This document shows positions 18,233-26,401 of a stretch of DNA of 64,000 bases, piece by piece; position 1 is the stretch's first letter; each line of letters opens with the position of its first letter. The position numbers and the translations under genes are program-made. This stretch comes from an uncultured delta proteobacterium (GTDB lineage: Bacteria > Desulfobacterota > Binatia > HRBIN30 > BPIQ01): positions 224,001 through 288,000 of the forward strand of contig CAVXGR010000017.1 in the NCBI GenBank assembly GCA_963761335.1. The letters run 5' to 3'. Below the pieces are notes generated by a model. The model worked only from the letters and a program-made list of their open reading frames with translations. It made no database searches and had not been told where the DNA came from.

Positions 18233-20206
18233 ATGATTCGACGCGTCGCGGCTATCGCTGCCCTGTTCGCCTTGCCCCTGATGCTCGCCGCCTGCAACGG
18301 CGGCGAGAACCCGGTACCACTGCCGACCGCGACCGCGACAGTCGGGCTCACCGCCACGGTTCCCGTGGCCACGAGCACGCCCACGGTCGCCGACACCCCG
18401 ACCGCCGTCGACACGCCGACCGCCACGGCGACTGCGACCAGCACTGCGACGATACCGGCCCCCTATGCGGCACAGGTGTGCGTGGGCGCCAAGCAGTCCG
18501 CTGCCGGTGTGTACTGTCAATCGGTTCTGCAGGCGTGGGCGAGCGCCGAGACCTCGGGCGATACCTCGGCACGCGACGCGGCGATCGAGAGCGCTCGCAG
18601 CGTCCTCGAGTCGGCGTGGGCCGACGCCGAGCAAGTTTCTCTCGCTCAGGGCGCCGACTGCTCCGATCTGGCCCTCACCGCTGTCGAGGCGGCTGACATC
18701 ATCGATCCCGCGGTTCAGGACATCGCCGGCGAGATCAACGGCGGTCTCGATCTGAACAACGGCAGTCAGGCGCAGTGCGGAGCCGATCTCCTGTCGGCGA
18801 CCGCCAGCCGCTGCGATGCGGTCCTTGCTGCCGAAGGCCACCATCTCGGCAATCTCGCCGCGGACTCCGATGGCAGCATGCTCGCGGACGACAAGACCGC
18901 CGCCGAGGAATCGTTCTCGACGGCCTGGTCCGACGTCATTTCTTCCGGCTGCCCGACCACGGCGACGGAGGCCGGCATCGCCTCGGCGACCGATGATCTG
19001 GTCTCACGAGTGGTCGCGCAGACGATCGTCGCTCCGGGTGTCTCGTCCAGCGAGTACTCGACGATCTCGCCGACCGGCACCACCGAGTACCTGGGAAATC
19101 AGATCACCCCGGTGTGCATGGATGGATCGCCGTACCACTTCTTCGTACGGCGAGGCTCAGTCAACAAAGTCCTCATGTACTACCAGGGCGGGGGAGCCTG
19201 CTGGGAGGGGTTGACGTGTTCGGTGCCGACCTGCGATCCGAACGTGAATCCCGACGGCGGCGACAATCCGAACAACGTCTCCTCGGGGTTCGCCGATCCG
19301 AACAACTCCGAGAACCCGTTCCGCGACTGGAACGTGGTCTTTGTGGCTTACTGCAGCTGCGACATTCACGACGGCGACGCGGCGCAGGACTACCCGGTTG
19401 CCGGCGGAACCCTTCACGTCGAGCATCGCGGCTTCCACAACTCCCAGATCGCGGAGAAGTGGGCGCGCGAGCACTTCCTGGATCCGGAGGACATCTTTGT
19501 GACCGGCTCGAGCGCCGGCGCCTACGGCGCCTGGTTCAATTCGGTTTCACTCGAACGGGCCTGGCCGGCGTCGCACTTCGACGTCCTCGCTGACGCGGGC
19601 AACGGCGTGATCACCCAGCAGTTCCTCGACGGGCCCTTTGCCAACTGGAACTTCGAGGCGCATCTGCCGTCGGATATTCCCGGTGTCCTCGAGTCGCTCA
19701 ACAACGGGACCGGCATTCCCGGCTACACCGAGGCGGTGGCCCGGTACTTTCCACAGACGAACTGGGCACACTACGCCACCGCCTTCGACGGTGGCACTGG
19801 CGGACAGACCGGCTTCTACAGCATCATGCTCAACGACAACAATCCGATCGCGGCGCTGACCTGGTGGAACGCCAGCTGCGCCTTCAACAACGTGATGCGC
19901 ACGCAGGCGATGCAGACGGCCGCCGCCGTGCCGTCGAACTACCGCTACTACATCGGCACCGGCTCCCGGCACACGATGTGGGGGAGCGACAAGGTCTACA
20001 CCGACACCGCGGGCGGTGTGCCGACGATCGTCAGCTGGGTGGACGGCATGCTCGCCAGCGCCCCCGGAGCCCCGGATCCGCGCTGGACGAACGTCGAGTG
20101 CAACAACTGCGGTGTGCTGCTGCCGGGTGATCCGAGACCCTCGCCGCTGGCGCCGCCGTTCGAGCAGGTCGGCGACAACGTCGAGATCGTCTGCCCGCAG
20201 CAGTGA
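18233..20206 (+). CDS. Lipoprotein with pectinacetylesterase/Notum-family hydrolase domain
   Basis: Lipobox LAAC, Thr-rich linker, CMDGSPY, YYQGGGACW, AYCSCDIHDG, nucleophile GSSAG, RHT. Confidence 0.82.
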   Translation: MIRRVAAIAALFALPLMLAACNGGENPVPLPTATATVGLTATVPVATSTPTVADTPTAVDTPTATATATSTATIPAPYAAQVCVGAKQSAAGVYCQSVLQAWASAETSGDTSARDAAIESARSVLESAWADAEQVSLAQGADCSDLALTAVEAADIIDPAVQDIAGEINGGLDLNNGSQAQCGADLLSATASRCDAVLAAEGHHLGNLAADSDGSMLADDKTAAEESFSTAWSDVISSGCPTTATEAGIASATDDLVSRVVAQTIVAPGVSSSEYSTISPTGTTEYLGNQITPVCMDGSPYHFFVRRGSVNKVLMYYQGGGACWEGLTCSVPTCDPNVNPDGGDNPNNVSSGFADPNNSENPFRDWNVVFVAYCSCDIHDGDAAQDYPVAGGTLHVEHRGFHNSQIAEKWAREHFLDPEDIFVTGSSAGAYGAWFNSVSLERAWPASHFDVLADAGNGVITQQFLDGPFANWNFEAHLPSDIPGVLESLNNGTGIPGYTEAVARYFPQTNWAHYATAFDGGTGGQTGFYSIMLNDNNPIAALTWWNASCAFNNVMRTQAMQTAAAVPSNYRYYIGTGSRHTMWGSDKVYTDTAGGVPTIVSWVDGMLASAPGAPDPRWTNVECNNCGVLLPGDPRPSPLAPPFEQVGDNVEIVCPQQ

Positions 20207-20209
20207 GCC

Positions 20210-21592
20210 TTACGACGAGGCGGGTACCGCGTGATCGCCGGCGGTATCCGCCTCGCCCGCGGGGCTGCGGCGCCGCCGGCGACCGCCGCGGCGACGTGAC
20301 CGCGGGCGCGCCTCGCCCTGGGCCTCGCCCTCGGCTATAGGTTCCGGCGAGTCGTCGCTCGACATCGGCGCGGATGTGGACTCGGCGCCGCGGCTTTCGG
20401 CCGCGGCAGAGAGTTCCTCCTCGTGCCGGTGCGGTGATGGGCCGCCTTCGCTGGACAGGCGCACGCTGCCGTCGGAGCGGAGGACCACGTCCTTCATCTT
20501 GCGCAGGCGGGTCACCAGGCGCGGGGATCCCGGCGGTCGGGAAAAGCCTTCGGACTTCAGCCGATTGGCCAGCAGATCGAGCTTGATCCAGCGGCCCTGG
20601 TCGCCGCCGGCCAGCTTGCGGATGATCTCGCGAAGCTGCTCCAGGGAGGCTCCGTGCGCTTCCTCTTCGGAGCCGCTGGAGGTGTGGTGGTGCTTAGCTG
20701 GCGCGGGCTCGTCGGATGTCCGAGGCGTCTCGGTGGCGCTGACGTGCGAGGCCGTTGCCACTGTCGAGGCGCCGTTGGTCGGGCTGCGGCGGCGACGCCG
20801 CCCACCGCGGCGCGAGCGGCGGCGCGGCGCGGCTCCATCGGCTGGAGCGGCGGCGGCGACGCTGGCCGTGGTGCTGCGATGGCCGCTGCGGCAGGAGATG
20901 CGCCGGAAGATGATCCCCGCGGAGGCTGCGGCGTCGTTCACCGCGTCGAAGGCGCGATCGTCGGAGAGGATTTCGATCTGGTCGCCGGGCTCGGCCTTGG
21001 CGATCCAGCCGCCGGCGGCGACGGCGATCCACAGGTCGCTCCAGTCTCGCACCCCGGTGGCAGGGGCGCTGTGCACGAGCGAGGCGCCGAGGGCGGCCAG
21101 GCGCCTCGCCACTCCCTGAGCCACCGAGCGCCAGTTGCCCACGGCAACCACCTCCGTGGGCTGCGCCGCGCGGTCGATGTGGAGCTCGTCGAGGACGCGC
21201 ATGAGCTCGGCCTCGTGGCTGGTGTTCTCGACGTCGATGAAGATCGCCCGCCGCGCCATGCGCCGAGCGGCGACCTTCAACTGCCGCGGCTCCGCCGCCT
21301 TCGCTTTGGCTCGCGAGCTGGTCGCCGCCGCCACGGGCTTCTTCCGCGGCTTCACCGCCCGGACGCCCTTCGCGGCCCCGGTGGTCTTTGCGGCGTTCTT
21401 CGTCGCCTTGGCGAGCTTGGTGACCCGCCCGGTGCCCTTGGCGCTCTTCGCGGCCCCCTTGGCCCCCTTTGCGGCGCGCTTCGTCGCCTTGGCGCTCTTG
21501 GCGGTCGCCTTGACGCCCTTGCCGGTTCCCTTGGCGCTCTTCGCGGTTCTCTTGGCGCCCTTTGCCGTTCTGCGCTTGGTTCTGTCATCCAT
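20210..21592 (-). CDS. NYN (PIN-like) domain protein with Lys/Ala-rich N-terminus and a possible OST-HTH/LOTUS C-terminal domain
   Basis: AIFIDVEN, DWSDLWIA, ILSDDRAF acidic motifs; AKSAK repeats; two RSRRxGGRRRRRSP-like motifs. Confidence 0.7.
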   Translation of the reverse strand: MDDRTKRRTAKGAKRTAKSAKGTGKGVKATAKSAKATKRAAKGAKGAAKSAKGTGRVTKLAKATKNAAKTTGAAKGVRAVKPRKKPVAAATSSRAKAKAAEPRQLKVAARRMARRAIFIDVENTSHEAELMRVLDELHIDRAAQPTEVVAVGNWRSVAQGVARRLAALGASLVHSAPATGVRDWSDLWIAVAAGGWIAKAEPGDQIEILSDDRAFDAVNDAAASAGIIFRRISCRSGHRSTTASVAAAAPADGAAPRRRSRRGGRRRRRSPTNGASTVATASHVSATETPRTSDEPAPAKHHHTSSGSEEEAHGASLEQLREIIRKLAGGDQGRWIKLDLLANRLKSEGFSRPPGSPRLVTRLRKMKDVVLRSDGSVRLSSEGGPSPHRHEEELSAAAESRGAESTSAPMSSDDSPEPIAEGEAQGEARPRSRRRGGRRRRRSPAGEADTAGDHAVPASS

Positions 21593-21651
21593 ATGCCATC
21601 TCTATCGCCTGAATTGCGCCGCGTGTCGACTGCACGGCCGCCGCAGCGGTC

Positions 21652-22662
21652 TCAGACGGGCTTTCGCGCCTGGATGATCTGGGAGCCGACGATTGGCACT
21701 TCCTGAGAGAAAACGTCCGCGAAGCCAACTGCCTCGAGCATGTCGCGGTACTCCGGGAAAGTGTAGACGTCGCCGTGCCGCGTCGACGCCAGCATGACCA
21801 CGGCGAACATCAGCGCCTGGTGCCGCTGGGCCCGCTCGTCGTCCGCCACCCACTCGTGGATGGCGAGGCGCCCGCCCGGCTTGAGTGTCCGAATGAGACG
21901 TGCGGAGAGCTCGATGTTCTCTGCCTGATCGAAGTGGTGATAGAAGTGGCTGGCGATGACCAGGTCATAGCGATCCGCCGGCAGCGGCACATCGAAGGCG
22001 CTGCCGGGCAGCAGCGTGAGGCGTCCATCGAGACCGTGCTGCTCGGCGCGGAGGCGCGCCTTTTCCAGAACCGTCGGCCAATCGAGCGCCGTCAGGCGCG
22101 CCGCCGGGACGTGCTCGAGGACGGCAAAGCCATACATTCCCGAGCCGCAGGCGACGTCCAGCACCTCGAGCGGCTGCTCGCGGTCGAGACCCAGAGTGCT
22201 CGCCAGAAACATCGCCGGAATCTTCGACGTCTGCTCCGAGGCCTCTCCGAACTCGACCCAGAACTCGTGGTCGGGAACGTCGACGGCGGCCTCCGACGGC
22301 TTGCCGCTGCGCACCACCTCGGCGAGCCGGCCGATCGCGTGCCACAGCTGTGGGTTGGCGGTGATGCGCAGCATGTCACCCGCATAGGTCGGCGCGCCCT
22401 TCACCAGAAAGGCCTCGGCCGTCGCCGAGAGCAGGTAGCGGCCGCGCTCCTTGCGCAGCAGCCCCTCCGCGGTCAGCGCGTCGAGCAGGATGCGAGCGCC
22501 GCGCCGGTCGGTGCCGGTGGCGCGGGCGACCTCTTCGGCGGTGCGGCCTTCGTGGGGAAGGTGGTTGAAGACGTCGAGCTCGATGGCGGCCTTGAGGATA
22601 CCGGTCCGCAGAAAGGCGAATATGGCGCTGAAGAAGATCTCGGGGTTCGGTGCCTTGTCCAT
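21652..22662 (-). CDS. SAM-dependent O-methyltransferase with dimerisation domain
   Basis: LKAAIELDVF N-terminal domain, VLDVACGSG, LKPGG. Confidence 0.88.
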   Translation of the reverse strand: MDKAPNPEIFFSAIFAFLRTGILKAAIELDVFNHLPHEGRTAEEVARATGTDRRGARILLDALTAEGLLRKERGRYLLSATAEAFLVKGAPTYAGDMLRITANPQLWHAIGRLAEVVRSGKPSEAAVDVPDHEFWVEFGEASEQTSKIPAMFLASTLGLDREQPLEVLDVACGSGMYGFAVLEHVPAARLTALDWPTVLEKARLRAEQHGLDGRLTLLPGSAFDVPLPADRYDLVIASHFYHHFDQAENIELSARLIRTLKPGGRLAIHEWVADDERAQRHQALMFAVVMLASTRHGDVYTFPEYRDMLEAVGFADVFSQEVPIVGSQIIQARKPV

Positions 22663-22748
22663 GAAGTCCTTGTAGCACCGCGACGAAAAGCCGCAATTGT
22701 GCACCTTTGTTTCCGCGCCCCCCGCCGAAAGGTATAATCCTCCGCTCC

Positions 22749-24647
22749 GTGAACGATCGCCAAGAGGATAGGGCCGAGGAAACGACGGCGGCGGCGCCGC
22801 CGGACCTGGAGGCCAAGCTCGACACCATTCCGGCGAAGCCGGGCGTGTATCTCCTCAAGGACAAGCACGGCACGGTGGTCTACGTCGGCAAGGCGAAGAG
22901 CTTGCGCGCCCGCGTCCGCTCCTACTTCCGCGGCGGCGACGAGCGTCATCAGGTTCGCTTTCTGGTGGCGCGGGTCACCGACATCGACACCCTGGTCACC
23001 GCCAACGACAAGGAAGCGCTGATCCTCGAGAACAACCTGATCAAGCAGTACAAGCCGCGCTACAACATCCGTCTGAAAGACGATAAGTCCTACGTCAGCG
23101 TCAAGGTGACGGTGCAGGACGCCTGGCCGCGGATCCTGGTGACCCGCAAGATCGTCAAGGACGGCAGCCGCTACTTCGGCCCCTTCCACTCGGCGCAGGC
23201 GGTGCGCGAGACCCTCGATACCATCCGCAAGGTGATCCCGCTGCGCACCTGTACCGACACCGTCTTCCGCAACCGCTCCCGCCCCTGCCTGGAGTATCAG
23301 ATCAAGCGCTGCCTGGGGCCGTGCTGTCTGCCGGTTGATCCCGAGGAGTACCGGCGCCACCTGCGCCAGGCGATCCTCCTCCTCGAGGGCAAGAGCAGTC
23401 AGCTGGTGCGGCAGCTGCGCGCCGAGATGGCAGAGGCCGCCGAGGAGACGCGCTTCGAGGAGGCGGCGCGGCTGCGCGACCGCATTCAGGCGGTCGAGAA
23501 GACCCAGGAGCGGCAGCAGATGGTCACCCACTGGGGGGGCGACCAGGACATCTTCGGCCTCTATCGCGAGGGCGGCTTCGTCGAAATACAGGTGCTCTTC
23601 GTCCGCAACGGCAAGCTCACCGGCAATCAGTCCTACAGCCTGCACGACATCGAGCTTCCCGACGAAGAGGTGCTGGAGCAGGTGCTGACGCAGTTTTACC
23701 AGGGCGAGCGCTATGTGCCCGACACCGTGCTGCTGCCCGTCGACCTCGAAGACGCCGACACCCGTGCCGAGCTCCTCTCCGAGCGGCGCGGCCGCCGCAT
23801 CGAGGTTCTGCGGCCGCAGCGCGGCGACAAGGTGCGCCTGCTGGAGATGGCGATGGAGAACGCCCGCCAGAGCTTTCAGGAGCGTCAGGACTCGGACGAC
23901 AAGCGCGCCAAGATGATGGCCGAGCTGCAGTCGCGGCTGCACCTGCGCAGCGCTCCAAAGCGGGTGGAGTGCTTCGACATCGCCAACATCCAGGGGGCGC
24001 TCGCCGTCGGCTCGATGGTGACCTTCGACGAGGGCGAGCCCGACAAGAATCGCTACCGGCGCTTTCGCGTGAAGACGGTCGCCGGTGCCGACGACTTCGC
24101 GATGATGTACGAGGTGCTCCGGCGGCGCTATCGGCGCGCCCGGGAGCAGGGCGACTTTCCCGACCTGCTGGTGGTCGATGGGGGCATCGGCCAGCTCAAC
24201 GTCGCCCTGGCCGTCCTGCGCGAGCTCGAGATCGACGCCGTCGACGCGGTCGGCCTGGCGAAGGCGCGCACCGAGCGCGCCCCGCGCGAGGCCGAGGTGC
24301 GCGGCTCCGAGGAGCGGGTGTTCCTTCCGAACCGCAAGAACCCGGTGATCCTGCGCCGCAACTCGAACGCGCTCTTCATGCTGCAGCGCATCCGCGACGA
24401 GGCGCACCGCTTCGCCAACACCTACCACCAGGAGCTGCGCGGCCGCGAGAGCGTGCGCTCGCTGCTCGATTCCATCCCCGGCGTCGGCCCCAAGCGGCGC
24501 CGCCGGCTCCTGCGCCACTTCGGCAGCGTCAAGCGGATGCGCGTCGCCTCTGCCGAGCAGATCGCCGAGGTGCCCGGCATCCCCCTCGGTCTGGCGGCGC
24601 AGATCCGGCAGATCCTCGGCAGCGTCGACCCCGAGCCGACGCCGTAA
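22749..24647 (+). CDS. uvrC: Excinuclease ABC subunit C
   Basis: GIY-YIG (PGVYL..YVGKAKSL), UVR domain, ECFDIANIQG, DLLVVDGG, RIRDEAHRFA, HhH; GTG start inferred. Confidence 0.96.
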   Translation: MNDRQEDRAEETTAAAPPDLEAKLDTIPAKPGVYLLKDKHGTVVYVGKAKSLRARVRSYFRGGDERHQVRFLVARVTDIDTLVTANDKEALILENNLIKQYKPRYNIRLKDDKSYVSVKVTVQDAWPRILVTRKIVKDGSRYFGPFHSAQAVRETLDTIRKVIPLRTCTDTVFRNRSRPCLEYQIKRCLGPCCLPVDPEEYRRHLRQAILLLEGKSSQLVRQLRAEMAEAAEETRFEEAARLRDRIQAVEKTQERQQMVTHWGGDQDIFGLYREGGFVEIQVLFVRNGKLTGNQSYSLHDIELPDEEVLEQVLTQFYQGERYVPDTVLLPVDLEDADTRAELLSERRGRRIEVLRPQRGDKVRLLEMAMENARQSFQERQDSDDKRAKMMAELQSRLHLRSAPKRVECFDIANIQGALAVGSMVTFDEGEPDKNRYRRFRVKTVAGADDFAMMYEVLRRRYRRAREQGDFPDLLVVDGGIGQLNVALAVLRELEIDAVDAVGLAKARTERAPREAEVRGSEERVFLPNRKNPVILRRNSNALFMLQRIRDEAHRFANTYHQELRGRESVRSLLDSIPGVGPKRRRRLLRHFGSVKRMRVASAEQIAEVPGIPLGLAAQIRQILGSVDPEPTP

Positions 24648-24660
24648 TCGGGAGGGAACC

Positions 24661-25905
24661 ATGGACTTCGACATTCCGGCGGATATCCGGCGCAAGCTCG
24701 ACGAGCTCGACGGCTTCATCGAGCGCGAGATCAAGCCCCTCGAGCGCGATCACATGCAGTTCTTCGATCACCGCCGCGAGCACGCGCGCACCGACTGGGA
24801 GAACGGCGGCCGGCCGCGCCGCGAGTGGGAGGAGCTGCTGGCCGAGATGCGAGGCCGCGCCGACGCCGCCGGACACCTGCGCTACGCGCTGCCGGTGGAG
24901 CTCGGCGGCCAGGCCGCCTCGAACCTGGCCATGGCCATCGTCCGCGAGCACCTGGCGCGCAAGGGCCTCGGACTCCACAACGACCTGCAGAACGAGTCGT
25001 CGGTGGTCGGCAACTTCCCCGTGGTGCACATGATGTGGGAGTTCGGCACGCCGGAACAGAAGGCGGAGTTCCTCCCCGGCCTGATCACCGGCACGCACCG
25101 CATGGGCTTCGGCCTCACCGAGCCGCAGCACGGCAGCGACGCCACCTGGCTGGAGACCACAGCCGTCCGCGACGGCGGCGACTGGGTGATCAACGGCGGC
25201 AAGCGCTTCAACTCCGGCCTGCACAGCGCCAACTACGACATGATCTTCGCCCGCACCGCCGGCGCCCAGGGAGACGCCGAGGGGATCACCTGCTTCATCG
25301 TGCCCACCGGCACTCCCGGCTTCTCGGTCGACTTCATGTGGTGGACCTTCAACATGCCGAGCGATCACGCCGAGGTGACGCTGCGCGACGTGCGCGTGCC
25401 GCACGCCGCCATCTTCGGCGAGGAGGGCAGGGGGCTGGCATTGGCGCAGCACTTCGTTCACGAGAACCGCATTCGCCAAGCGGCCTCCGGTGTCGGCGCG
25501 GCGCAGTACTGCATCGACGAGAGCGTCGCCTACGCGCGCCAGCGCCAGGTTTTCGGCAAGCCTCTGTGGCTCAACCAGGCGATCCAGTTTCCCCTCGCCG
25601 AGCTGCAGACCGAATGCGAGATGGTCCGCGGTCTGGTTTACAGGACTGCCTGGCACCTCGACCGCAACGACCACATGGAGGTCACCGACAAGGTGTCGAT
25701 GTGCAACTACCGCGCGAATCGCCTGGCGGTCGAGGCGGCGGACCGCGCCATCCAGGTGCACGGCGGCATCGGCTATACTCGCCACTTGCCCTTCGAGCAC
25801 ATCTACCGCCACCACCGCCGCTATCGTATCACCGAAGGCTCCGATGAGATCCAGATCCGCCGCGTCGCCGGGGTGATGTTCGGCCGCCGCGCCAAGCGCG
25901 CGTGA
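24661..25905 (+). CDS. Acyl-CoA dehydrogenase
   Basis: FGLTEPQHGSDA, VINGGKRF, RQVFGKPL, AIQVHGGIG, RITEGSDEI. Confidence 0.93.
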   Translation: MDFDIPADIRRKLDELDGFIEREIKPLERDHMQFFDHRREHARTDWENGGRPRREWEELLAEMRGRADAAGHLRYALPVELGGQAASNLAMAIVREHLARKGLGLHNDLQNESSVVGNFPVVHMMWEFGTPEQKAEFLPGLITGTHRMGFGLTEPQHGSDATWLETTAVRDGGDWVINGGKRFNSGLHSANYDMIFARTAGAQGDAEGITCFIVPTGTPGFSVDFMWWTFNMPSDHAEVTLRDVRVPHAAIFGEEGRGLALAQHFVHENRIRQAASGVGAAQYCIDESVAYARQRQVFGKPLWLNQAIQFPLAELQTECEMVRGLVYRTAWHLDRNDHMEVTDKVSMCNYRANRLAVEAADRAIQVHGGIGYTRHLPFEHIYRHHRRYRITEGSDEIQIRRVAGVMFGRRAKRA

Positions 25906-25909
25906 GGCG

Positions 25910-26339
25910 CTGCTTCGAAAATGTCTTGGGTGAAGGTCTGGCGGAGCTCCGGCGCTTGGGGTGGAGCTTATCGCCCCGGAGGGGCGCGGGCATGTAGCCC
26001 CGGGTGTTAACCCGGGGAGCGCGTTCCGATTGGCCCAGATCAGCGCCCCGCAGGGGCGCCGGCGTAGAGGCCGCGTGAATCACCTCGATGAGCTTCCCAC
26101 GCACCCAGCGGTGATCATCGGCGTACAGGCGTGACATCGACGAAAACTTGCCCGCGCCCCTGGCCGGGCGCGCCTGCCGGAGCGCGCATTCTTCCCCGGG
26201 TTTTCACCCGGGGCTACACGCCACCGCCCCTCCGGGGCGAACTTCGCCCAGGCGAGAACCTCCAAATCTCTTGCCGGGGTAGATCCACAGCCTCATTTTT
26301 CTTCGTCTACTGGTGAACCGCAAGGCTCATGATGCCCTG
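25910..26339. mobile_element. Gene-less cassette-like unit 1 (conserved ends, REPIN-like cargo)
   Basis: Colinear with 42962-43388; internal perfect inverted repeats 25972-25986/26225-26239 and 25994-26006/26205-26217; mobility is inferred. Confidence 0.65.
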
Positions 26340-26401
26340 TCCCCAAGGTGGGTCTTGCCGCCGCCCGGCGGCGGCGGTAAACGACGAGGCGGAGGCTATG
26401 G

